A stretch of 64,000 nucleotides of DNA, from positions 190,428 through 254,427 of the forward strand of contig CAZLYB010000002.1 in the NCBI GenBank assembly GCA_964563795.1, in the 5' to 3' direction. The translations under genes and the position numbers were made by a program. The stretch's first letter is position 1; the number at the start of each line of letters is the position of its first letter. Under the pieces are notes generated by a model, which saw only the letters and a program-made list of their open reading frames with translations, was not told the origin of the DNA and searched no databases. Positions 55,153-64,000 of this stretch are shown piece by piece. The stretch is from an uncultured Bacteriovoracaceae bacterium (GTDB lineage: Bacteria; Bdellovibrionota; UBA1018).

Positions 55153-55799
55153 ACCTCTTAGACCAAGAACTTAAAGCGGTTGGAATCGAGCTTTCAAGCG
55201 AAGCTGAGCAGAAACTCACGCGTTTTTATGAACTCCTTAAGGAAGAGAATAAAAAACAAAACCTCACTCGCTTAATCGAGCCCAGAGATTTTATAGAAGG
55301 GCATGTTTACGACGCTTGGAAGCTGCATCACTCTGGATTTCTCCATTCTCCTTCACTTGATTTAGGAAGTGGGGCAGGGAGTCCTGGCCTGATCTGCGCA
55401 CTCTTTAATCCCCAGCATCAGTGGGTGCTTACTGATTCAGAAAAAAGAAAGGCTGCTTTTTTAATCCAGGCTCAGAAGCAGCTCCAACTCGAGAATTGCC
55501 AAGTATTCGCAGATCGTGCAGAGAGGCTTCTTAAAAGCAAACCCGTTCCCTGTATTACGGTGCGTGCAGTAGGAACAGTTTCTAAAATTTTTGCGCTTCT
55601 GAGCACATGTTCTACGTGGAACACACTCCTTTTACTCAAAGGCCCTCGATGGCAAGAAGAATGGACTGAATTTCAGGGCGGCTCCTTTCGTTCGCAATTA
55701 AAAATCGAGGCCGTTCAAAACTACGAAGTAGGAATTGAAAGAAAAAAACGACTACTCATCAACCTAAAAAGAGTTCCACGTGGAACAAAAAGGGAATGA
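55149..55799 (+). CDS. rsmG: 16S rRNA (guanine527-N7)-methyltransferase RsmG (GidB)
   Basis: 216-aa protein with SAM motif LDLGSGAGSPGL. 4-nt overlap with mnmG, the classic gidA-gidB pair. Confidence 0.85.
   Translation: MNLLDQELKAVGIELSSEAEQKLTRFYELLKEENKKQNLTRLIEPRDFIEGHVYDAWKLHHSGFLHSPSLDLGSGAGSPGLICALFNPQHQWVLTDSEKRKAAFLIQAQKQLQLENCQVFADRAERLLKSKPVPCITVRAVGTVSKIFALLSTCSTWNTLLLLKGPRWQEEWTEFQGGSFRSQLKIEAVQNYEVGIERKKRLLINLKRVPRGTKRE
55608..55623. promoter_or_regulatory. parS-like palindrome (3 mismatches to TGTTTCACGTGAAACA)
   Basis: tgttctacgtggaaca inside the 3' half of rsmG; shares the core with the stronger site at 55772. Confidence 0.35.
55772..55787. promoter_or_regulatory. parS-like perfect 14-bp palindrome GTTCCACGTGGAAC
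   Basis: agttccacgtggaaca is a perfect inverted repeat around CACGTG and has a 13/16 match to the universal parS consensus. It lies in the last codons of rsmG, about 200 bp upstream of parA, a typical parS location. Confidence 0.5.
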
Positions 55800-55939
55800 G
55801 TATTCAAAAATATTTATTAAAAACATCTTGCACCGGCGGTGATTCATGGCTAACCTGAAAGAGTAGTCGAAATTGATGATTCAAAAAAAGTTTCTTCTGA
55901 TGAAAAGGTTATTCGCACCAACCACAAACCACAGACCTC

Positions 55940-55970
55940 GGGGCGCCGTAACTGGCGCCCCTTCTGGTTT
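55940..55970 (+). terminator. Rho-independent terminator after rsmG
   Basis: ggggcgcc-gtaact-ggcgcccc, an 8-bp GC stem, followed by ttctggtttt. Confidence 0.6.
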
Positions 55971-55991
55971 TCAGGGGATAAGGGGAATCCA

Positions 55992-56846
55992 GTGGGCAAA
56001 GTGATTTCTGTTGCGAACCAAAAGGGTGGAGTGGGTAAGACCACCACCACGATTAATTTAGCCGCCTCTCTGGCGCTTGCTGAGAGAAAAACATTGGTCA
56101 TCGATTTTGATCCTCAAGGAAATGCGACGTCAGCATTGGGAATCGATCGAGCTTCAATCGAACCTGGCAAAACCATTTATCACGCTCTCATTGGGCATAC
56201 GCCAATGCCTGAAGTGATTCGACCAACCGAGATGGATTGCTTGTTCATCGCACCCGCAACGGGCGATTTGACCGGCGCTGAGATTGAGCTGGTAAGCGCT
56301 TTTTCGCGAGAAATGAAGCTCAAAACGGCGCTTCAAGAAATTCGTAAACAGTATGACTATATTTTGATTGATAGCCCGCCGTCGCTGGGATTGCTGACGG
56401 TGAATGCGCTGACGGCCGCGGATAGTTTTTTGGTGCCGCTCCAGTGTGAATATTTCGCTCTTGAAGGTCTGAGTCAGCTTTTGAAAACCGTCTCGCTCAT
56501 TCGACAAAGCACGAATCCCCAGCTCGCTGAAGAGGGGATTGTGCTCACGATGTTTGATGGGAGAAACAACTTGGCGAATGAAGTCGTCAAGGAAGTTCGC
56601 ACCCATTTCAGCCAGCAAGTGTTTGAGACAGTCGTTCCGCGGAACGTGCGATTGAGCGAATGCTCAAGCTTCGGCAAGCCCATCCTGCTTTATGACATTG
56701 ATTCAAAGGGCTGCCTGGCTTATTTGAACCTCGCGAAGGAAGTCCTGGCACGAAATCAACCCGAGCAGGGTTTAGCGGTTTCAGCCGGATTGAATCATTC
56801 GTCGCAGCCGGGTCCGGAGCTAGGAATGGCTCAAGTCAGTAATTAA
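55992..56846 (+). CDS. parA: chromosome partitioning ATPase ParA (Soj)
   Basis: GTG start. Deviant Walker A KGGVGKTTT, ParA/MinD fold (DFDPQGNAT, ILIDSPPSLG). Confidence 0.9.
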   Translation: MGKVISVANQKGGVGKTTTTINLAASLALAERKTLVIDFDPQGNATSALGIDRASIEPGKTIYHALIGHTPMPEVIRPTEMDCLFIAPATGDLTGAEIELVSAFSREMKLKTALQEIRKQYDYILIDSPPSLGLLTVNALTAADSFLVPLQCEYFALEGLSQLLKTVSLIRQSTNPQLAEEGIVLTMFDGRNNLANEVVKEVRTHFSQQVFETVVPRNVRLSECSSFGKPILLYDIDSKGCLAYLNLAKEVLARNQPEQGLAVSAGLNHSSQPGPELGMAQVSN

Positions 56847-56855
56847 ATATTATTT

Positions 56856-57833
56856 ATGGAAAATTCCTCACCTCAAAAAGGAGCGAAAGTGGCGCAAAAA
56901 CCCGTTCTCGGAAAAGGATTGGCTTCGCTGCTCCCGTCGGGCCCGCCCTCGGGGGCGATCGCCGCTGGGCTCGCCGTCCCTGCGAGCGCGGTCGTCGAGG
57001 ATAATCGCGATCGCCACCCTGGGATCAGTTTAGCCGCGGTTGAGGAGATCGAGGAGAATCCGTATCAGCCTCGCCATCAATTCAATGACCAAGCAATCGA
57101 TGAGCTTTCGCAGTCGATCCGCGAAAATGGCATCATTCAGCCATTGGTTGTGAGAAAGCGCGCGCAAGGCGGCTACCAGTTGATCGCCGGAGAGCGCCGC
57201 TTAAGAGCCGCCAAAAAAGCGGGTCTCAAGCAAGTGCCCGTGGTGATTCGCAAGTCCACGGATAAGGAAGCGCTCGAATTGGCGTTGATCGAAAATATTC
57301 AACGACAGGATTTGAATTGCATCGACGTGGCGCTCGCCTATTCGCAGCTGATGCAGGATTTTTCGCTGACTCAGGAATTAGTAGCCACGCGCGTGGGCAA
57401 GGATCGAGCGACCGTCGCGAACCATCTTCGCCTATTAAAATTGCCGGACGCGATTCAAGATGATTTAAAAAAACAGATCCTCAGTTTTGGCCACGGCAAA
57501 GCGCTATTGTCCCTTGAAGATCAGGACCAGAGGCTGCAAGTCAGGGCTAGGATCGTCGAAAAGAAGCTCAGCGTCCGCGATGCGGAGGCGCTCATCGAGG
57601 AAATCAAGCAGTCTCAAAACCGTGCTGGGAGCGGTTCTTCAGCCGCTTCAGAGCCGGAATCCACCCTTCCGCCAGTCACTCGCTTGGGAGCCGCATCTCA
57701 GGATTTAACACGCTATTGGGCGACAAAAGTTGAAATTCGAGGAACGGAGCGGCGCGGCAAAATCGTGCTTCACTATGGATCTCGCCAAGAGCTTGATCGA
57801 ATCCTGGAATTGATGCAAAATCAAAAGAGATGA
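56856..57833 (+). CDS. parB: chromosome partitioning protein ParB (Spo0J)
   Basis: ParB box GERRLRAAK, HTH region and a C-terminal dimerisation domain; directly downstream of parA. Confidence 0.9.
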   Translation: MENSSPQKGAKVAQKPVLGKGLASLLPSGPPSGAIAAGLAVPASAVVEDNRDRHPGISLAAVEEIEENPYQPRHQFNDQAIDELSQSIRENGIIQPLVVRKRAQGGYQLIAGERRLRAAKKAGLKQVPVVIRKSTDKEALELALIENIQRQDLNCIDVALAYSQLMQDFSLTQELVATRVGKDRATVANHLRLLKLPDAIQDDLKKQILSFGHGKALLSLEDQDQRLQVRARIVEKKLSVRDAEALIEEIKQSQNRAGSGSSAASEPESTLPPVTRLGAASQDLTRYWATKVEIRGTERRGKIVLHYGSRQELDRILELMQNQKR

Positions 57834-58237
57834 AGCAGCGTCCCGTCGTACTTAGTGCTCCTGCGTCCTCGCCTCAAGTCACAGGGGTGATTGAGCAGGG
57901 GTGCGAATTTGAAGGTAAGCTTTGCTTTCAGGGGACTCTCCGAATTGGGGGGGTATTCCGGGGGCAGATTTACACGCCAGACACTTTGATCATTGGGGAA
58001 GGCGCCCGAGTTCACGCTGAGATCGAAGCAGGGACCGTAATCATCAGCGGCGAAGTCAATGGGACGATCGTAGCTAAAAACCGGGTTGAAATCCATAAAC
58101 CCGCTGTTTTTCGAGGCGATATCCTGACACCCAGCCTCAGCGTTGATGAAGGCGTCATTTTCGACGGCCGCAGCAAAATGGGGCAGATTCAAGCGGCTCC
58201 GCAGCGCTCCTACCTGATTTCCCAGCAAAAGCCCTAA
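57830..58237 (+). CDS. bactofilin (polymer-forming cytoskeletal protein)
   Basis: 135-aa protein with beta-helical bactofilin/DUF583 repeat pattern (LCFQGTLRIGGVFRGQIYTPDTLIIGEGARVHAEIEAGTVIISGEVNGTIVAKNRVEIHKPAVFRGDILTPSLSVDEGVIFDG). ATGA overlap with the parB stop. Confidence 0.8.
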   Translation: MKQRPVVLSAPASSPQVTGVIEQGCEFEGKLCFQGTLRIGGVFRGQIYTPDTLIIGEGARVHAEIEAGTVIISGEVNGTIVAKNRVEIHKPAVFRGDILTPSLSVDEGVIFDGRSKMGQIQAAPQRSYLISQQKP

Positions 58238-58357
58238 AATCAGTTTCATCTTCTTCTAAAGAAGCCGAATTGCGCATGATGCGCTTGACCTCTCGCAATC
58301 GCCCATGTTAGCTCACTCAAGCAATCTGATCGGTTAAAGAGGAGCGACGGTCGTCAC

Positions 58358-58801
58358 GTGAATGGCCTATTGGACCAGCTTGGCCTGGATTCTACATTTT
58401 TTATTGAGTTTTTCCTGTTCGTTTTCCTGTTCTTGATTTTGGGAAGGCTTTACTTCCGCCCATTCCAAAAACTTTTTCATGAACGCCATCAAAAGACGGC
58501 GGAAGACCGAAAAACGGCTGAGAAATGGATGCTCGAAGCTCAAAACAAGCTGGATGAGTATCAAAGGCGCCTCCAGCAGGAGCGCGCGGACGCCCAGAAG
58601 CATTTGGAAGAGGCGCTCATGACGGCGAAGCAGAAAGAAAATGAGATCCTGGCTCACGCTCGTGATGAGGCGAAACGCGTGACTCAAGAAGCCCTTGAAA
58701 ACGTGGCAGCGCAAAAAGAGCAACTGAAAAAGCAGCTCGAAATCGAAGTGGAGAGCATGGCTCGACAGATTTCAGAGCGACTCGTTTCCAGGAAAGTCTA
58801 A
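58358..58801 (+). CDS. atpF2: F0F1 ATP synthase subunit b' (b-type, copy 1)
   Basis: GTG start. Single N-terminal TM then a long charged coiled coil (AEDRKTAEKWMLEAQNKLDEYQRRLQQERADAQK), first of two tandem b-like genes. Confidence 0.6.
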   Translation: MNGLLDQLGLDSTFFIEFFLFVFLFLILGRLYFRPFQKLFHERHQKTAEDRKTAEKWMLEAQNKLDEYQRRLQQERADAQKHLEEALMTAKQKENEILAHARDEAKRVTQEALENVAAQKEQLKKQLEIEVESMARQISERLVSRKV

Positions 58802-59274
58802 TGGCAAAGATTTTACCGTCATTCTTCAATTTAGCGGTCCTCGTTGGGATTCTATTTTATTATTTGAAAAAACCGCTCAGGGATTGGGTTTTTCAACGCC
58901 ATCATTCCACCAAAAAAGAGTTGGAAGATGTGGCGAATCTCTTGAAACAAGCTCAAAAAGACACTCAAGACCTGCAAATCAAATTGCGGACCCTCGACCA
59001 AGAAGTGGCGGCGCTTCATGAGCAGTATCGATCGGATGCCATTGAGGCGAGCGCGCGGGTTTTGAAGGAAGCGCAACAGCTTTCTAGCCGAATCGTGGCG
59101 GACTCCAGCACGGCGGCGCAGGCGATGATCTCAGATTTGCGCCAGCAAATGCTCACCGAGATCGGAAACCGGGTATTGGATCGGGCTGAGACCCTTCTCC
59201 GAGATAAGTTAACGCGTGATGATCGCGTGCGCATTCGCCAAGAGTTTTCCCAGCAAATGGGAGGTGCGGCGTGA
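58801..59274 (+). CDS. atpF: F0F1 ATP synthase subunit b
   Basis: Single TM then a coiled coil. The stop of the upstream gene overlaps this start; followed by atpH. Confidence 0.65.
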   Translation: MAKILPSFFNLAVLVGILFYYLKKPLRDWVFQRHHSTKKELEDVANLLKQAQKDTQDLQIKLRTLDQEVAALHEQYRSDAIEASARVLKEAQQLSSRIVADSSTAAQAMISDLRQQMLTEIGNRVLDRAETLLRDKLTRDDRVRIRQEFSQQMGGAA

Positions 59275-59825
59275 GCGTTTACCAGTCTTATGGAAAAGCG
59301 CTTCAAGAGGCGGCTTTTGAATCGAAAATGGACGCTAATGCTCAGGCTCAGATCGAGTCGCAGCTGGATGCTGTTTTGAAGTTGCTGAAGGACTCAAAGG
59401 AATTGCGCACGGCGCTTTCTGGGCCGGTTTGCAGCGCTGCTGAAAAAAATTCGATCAGTGAGCAGATCGCGGCAAAAATAGGGCTTTCGCCGCTAGTGAC
59501 TCGTTTTTTGAAGTTGGTCATCGCCCGGAGGCGGCTGGATCGCCTTGAAGAGATCATTCAGGCGTTCCGGGAAGTCAGAATTCAAGCTGAAGGGGGCGTG
59601 GCTGGGACCTTGGTCGCGGCAGATCCCTTGGGCGAGGAAGATGTGAAGAGTTTGGCGCAATCGTTCGGTCAAAAGCTGGGGAAAAGGGTCGCCTTTCGCG
59701 TGCTCGTGGACCCCTCGCTGCTCGCCGGGGTGAAGGCGACCGTGAATGGGGTGACTTACGATGGAACGCTTCGGGCTCAGCTCGCGCGTCTTCGTAACCA
59801 AGTTTTATCTTTAGGGAATGGATGA
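59271..59825 (+). CDS. atpH: F0F1 ATP synthase subunit delta (OSCP)
   Basis: 184-aa helical protein positioned between atpF and atpA, with an OSCP-like C-terminus ([20 protein letters not shown]). Confidence 0.7.
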   Translation: MSVYQSYGKALQEAAFESKMDANAQAQIESQLDAVLKLLKDSKELRTALSGPVCSAAEKNSISEQIAAKIGLSPLVTRFLKLVIARRRLDRLEEIIQAFREVRIQAEGGVAGTLVAADPLGEEDVKSLAQSFGQKLGKRVAFRVLVDPSLLAGVKATVNGVTYDGTLRAQLARLRNQVLSLGNG

Positions 59826-61338
59826 GGAGTTTATGCAAATTCGACCAGAAGAAATTACACAGATCTTAAAAACACAGCTTTCGAATTTCGAGAAGCGGTT
59901 GGACGTCTCCGAGACGGGTACCGTCCTTTCGGTGGGCGATGGCGTCGCGCGAGTCTATGGCCTTGAAAAGGCGATGGCGGGCGAGCTGGTGGATTTCGGC
60001 GGCGGCGTTGGGGGAATGGTGCTCAACTTGGAAAAAGACTCCGTAGGGGTCGTGATCTTGGGCGATGATACCCAGATCAAAGAAGGGTCCACCGTCAAGA
60101 GAACCAATAAGATTGTTCAGGTTCCGGTGGGCGAAGAGCTCCTGGGCCGCGTCGTGAACGCCCTCGGACAGCCTGTGGACGGCAAAGGAGAGTTGAACGC
60201 CAAGCATTCGCGCCGCATTGAGATCAAAGCGCCCGGGATCGTGGCACGCGAATCGGTGAAAGAGCCGCTCCAGACGGGGATCAAGGCGATTGACTCCATG
60301 ATTCCAATTGGCCGTGGGCAAAGAGAACTAATCATCGGCGATCGCCAAACCGGAAAGACTGCGGTCGCGATCGACACCATCATCAATCAAAAGGGCAGGG
60401 GAGTTTTCTGCATCTACGTGGCGATTGGTCAAAAGCAATCCACGGTCGCGCAAGTAGTGGATAAGTTGAAGCAGCACGGTGCGATGGAGCATACGATCGT
60501 AGTGATCGCTGGCGCAGCGGAGCAAGCTCCGCTTCAGTTCCTCGCCCCATACACGGGCGTTACGATGGGGGAGTGGTTCCGCGACAATGGAAAACATGCC
60601 CTGATCGTTTACGATGATTTGACCAAGCAAGCTCAAGCTTATCGCCAGCTCTCGCTCCTCCTTCGCCGCCCCCCCGGCCGCGAAGCTTACCCCGGCGACG
60701 TGTTTTACTTGCATTCCCGTTTGCTAGAGCGCGCGGCGAAGCTCTCCTCCAAGTTAGGAGGGGGTTCGCTCACTGCGCTTCCGATCATTGAGACCCAAGC
60801 GGGCGACGTTTCGGCGTACATTCCCACGAACGTGATTTCAATCACCGACGGGCAAATCTTCCTTGAGACCGATCTGTTTTACTCCGGCGTTCGCCCAGCG
60901 GTGAACGTGGGGATTTCAGTGTCGCGTGTGGGTGGTTCCGCTCAGATCAAGGCCATGCGCCAGGTAGCTGGTGCTCTTCGTTTGGAACTTGCGCAATATC
61001 GCGAAAAAGCGGCCTTCGCGCAGTTCGGGAGCGATCTCGACGCCGCGACCAAAAAACAAATCGCACGCGGTCAGCGACTCGTTGAAATCCTGAAACAGGA
61101 TCAGTACGTTCCCATGCCCGTAGAGAGACAGGTTCTCATGATCTACGCAGCGACGAATGGGTTCCTTGATCAGCTGGCGGTGGAGCGCCTCAAGGGTTAT
61201 GAGCAGCAGCTCTTCGCATTCGCCGAGAAAAAATATCCGATGATTTTCAAGGAGATCGTCAATTCAGGGAAAATCGACGACGAACTCAAGAAGACCGTCG
61301 AGCAGTGCCTGAAGGAGTTTGCGCAGGCTTTCGGTTGA
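59818..61338 (+). CDS. atpA: F0F1 ATP synthase subunit alpha
   Basis: Walker [62 protein letters not shown]. Confidence 0.95.
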   Translation: MDEEFMQIRPEEITQILKTQLSNFEKRLDVSETGTVLSVGDGVARVYGLEKAMAGELVDFGGGVGGMVLNLEKDSVGVVILGDDTQIKEGSTVKRTNKIVQVPVGEELLGRVVNALGQPVDGKGELNAKHSRRIEIKAPGIVARESVKEPLQTGIKAIDSMIPIGRGQRELIIGDRQTGKTAVAIDTIINQKGRGVFCIYVAIGQKQSTVAQVVDKLKQHGAMEHTIVVIAGAAEQAPLQFLAPYTGVTMGEWFRDNGKHALIVYDDLTKQAQAYRQLSLLLRRPPGREAYPGDVFYLHSRLLERAAKLSSKLGGGSLTALPIIETQAGDVSAYIPTNVISITDGQIFLETDLFYSGVRPAVNVGISVSRVGGSAQIKAMRQVAGALRLELAQYREKAAFAQFGSDLDAATKKQIARGQRLVEILKQDQYVPMPVERQVLMIYAATNGFLDQLAVERLKGYEQQLFAFAEKKYPMIFKEIVNSGKIDDELKKTVEQCLKEFAQAFG

Positions 61339-61341
61339 TCT

Positions 61342-62268
61342 ATGCCAAGCATCAAAGATCTTAAAAAACGCATCGTCAGCGTGAAGAACACCCAGCAAAC
61401 GACCAAGGCCATGAAGATGGTTTCGGCCGCGAAGCTGCGCCGTGCGCAGGATGCGATTTTGAGTCAGCGGCCTTATTCGAGGCAAGTGGAAGGTCTGATT
61501 CGCAAGCTGCTTCCTTTTGCGAGTGAGGATTTGCGGCAGGGTTTCGCGCAGAGCCATCGGGATCTTTCCGGGGCAGAGGGCGTGGAGCCTCGCACTAAGA
61601 CGCTCTTGGTCCTGGTGACCTCGGATCGCGGGCTCTGCGGCGGGTTCAATAGCAGCGTGATCAAGGCGGCGCTCCGCTGGAGAGCTCAGAAAGGCGCCGA
61701 AACCCAGGTTCAGATGGCCTATGTCGGCCGCAAAGGGAATGAATTTTTCAAGAACAAGGCGGGTTATTCCGGGATTTATTTCGAGGAAATCACGGGCAAG
61801 GTGAGTTTCGCGCATGCGCAAATGCTGTCGAAGGAACTTATGAAGCGCTTTTTGGAAGGCGAGTACGACGAAATCAAGATCGTCTATAACGAATTCAAGA
61901 ACGCGATTTCCCAGCGGGTGGTTGTGGAGGATTTCCTGCCGCTCCAATCCGGGGAACCTGCTCTGGAAGAAGCAGAATCCATGAGCGCCATCCCCGCTGA
62001 AAACTATTTAGTCAAACCCAGCGCGAAGGAAGTCCTTGACCGTTTGCTTGAAAAGCATTTTTCCATCCAGGCTTACCGGATTCTGCTCGAATCCCAGGCG
62101 GGCGAGCACGGTGCGCGGATGTCTGCGATGGAAAACGCCACCAAGAACGCAGGGGAGATGATCCGCAAGCTGACGCTGTTGTACAACAAGCAGCGCCAAG
62201 CGAGCATCACCAAGGAATTGTTGGAAATTATTTCAGGAAGCGAATCCCAAAAGAGCGCTTCCGCATAA
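61342..62268 (+). CDS. atpG: F0F1 ATP synthase subunit gamma
   Basis: 308-aa protein with N-terminal MPSIKDLKKRIVSVKNTQQTTKAMKMVSAAKLRRAQ and C-terminal ...ITKELLEIISGSES; canonical gamma termini. Confidence 0.9.
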   Translation: MPSIKDLKKRIVSVKNTQQTTKAMKMVSAAKLRRAQDAILSQRPYSRQVEGLIRKLLPFASEDLRQGFAQSHRDLSGAEGVEPRTKTLLVLVTSDRGLCGGFNSSVIKAALRWRAQKGAETQVQMAYVGRKGNEFFKNKAGYSGIYFEEITGKVSFAHAQMLSKELMKRFLEGEYDEIKIVYNEFKNAISQRVVVEDFLPLQSGEPALEEAESMSAIPAENYLVKPSAKEVLDRLLEKHFSIQAYRILLESQAGEHGARMSAMENATKNAGEMIRKLTLLYNKQRQASITKELLEIISGSESQKSASA

Positions 62269-62335
62269 ATAGTTTGTATTGAGGTTGAGATTAAAGGATG
62301 CGCCGGTAGGCGCTAGCGAATGCGCCGATGCCTAG

Positions 62336-63784
<1,449 letters not shown>

Positions 63785-63795
63785 AAGAGTCTCAA

Positions 63796-64000
63796 GTGGA
63801 AACCCTCAAGCTCAGCATTTACACCCCTGAACGCAAACTGCTCGAGAGCGCGCTTGCGCTCGAAGTGACTCTTCCGACCAGCGAGGGCCAGATCCAAGTG
63901 TTACCTGGCCACGCCGCGATGATTGGAACGCTTGAGACGGGCGTATTCAGTTACAGCGTCGCGGAGAATCAAACTGAGGTCGGCGTGATTTCGACCGGTT
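63796..64000 (+). CDS. atpC: F0F1 ATP synthase subunit epsilon (5' part; runs off window end)
   Basis: GTG start. VETLKLSIYTPERKLLESALALEVTLPTSEGQIQVLPGHAAMIGTLETGVFS matches the epsilon beta-sandwich N-domain (the ...VLPGHAP... motif region). Confidence 0.7.
   Translation, partial: METLKLSIYTPERKLLESALALEVTLPTSEGQIQVLPGHAAMIGTLETGVFSYSVAENQTEVGVISTG

Overview
This is a high-GC (~58-60%) window from the chromosomal origin region of a diderm (Gram-negative-type) bacterium; it encodes BamD-like, SurA and many lipoproteins. A DUF1566 lipoprotein and a parAB-bactofilin operon point weakly to a Bdellovibrionota/Myxococcota-like lineage, but that is inference only. Nearly all classical origin-proximal genes are present. 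Gene order along the window is as follows. (1) A complex-I operon nuoA-B-C-D-H-I-J-K-L(partial) with no nuoEFG between nuoD and nuoH (1..5838, minus strand). (2) mfd followed by a parvulin-type PPIase. (3) A DUF1566 lipoprotein. (4) A translationally coupled surA-pdxA-phosphohexomutase-uvrA block. (5) Two tandem paralogous Cys-bracketed lipoproteins. (6) atpZ-atpI-atpB-atpE, about 37 kb away from the rest of the ATP synthase operon. (7) A lower-GC orphan 511-aa gene. (8) A BamD-like TPR lipoprotein. (9) gyrA-fabH-gyrB-recF-dnaN on the minus strand. (10) A dense DnaA-box cluster, the predicted oriC, at about 32.7-33.15 kb, directly upstream of dnaN. (11) About 13.4 kb of minus-strand genes: two lower-GC secreted hypotheticals, a split methylmalonyl-CoA mutase plus a beta-oxidation cluster, a secreted ankyrin-repeat protein, and mnmE-yidC-yidD-rnpA-rpmH. 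(12) dnaA on the plus strand. (13) An aldehyde dehydrogenase, a class II (B12) ribonucleotide reductase, a nucleoside hydrolase, tRNA-Gly(CCC) and a beta-propeller-like secreted protein. (14) mnmG-rsmG, with two parS-like palindromes inside rsmG, then parA-parB-bactofilin and atpF'-F-H-A-G-D-C (atpC runs off the end). The most notable observation is that dnaA is separated from oriC and dnaN by a block whose arrangement is exactly what a single 13.4-kb inversion of an ancestral rpmH|dnaA-oriC-dnaN-recF-gyrB locus would produce. I found no CRISPR array, transposase, integrase, prophage or recognisable defence system. Several orphan secreted or lipoprotein genes and low-GC islets are flagged as the most likely places for undescribed biology, but no novel system can be asserted from sequence alone. 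Many long ORFs in the six-frame track are antisense artefacts of the high-GC coding strand and were discarded.
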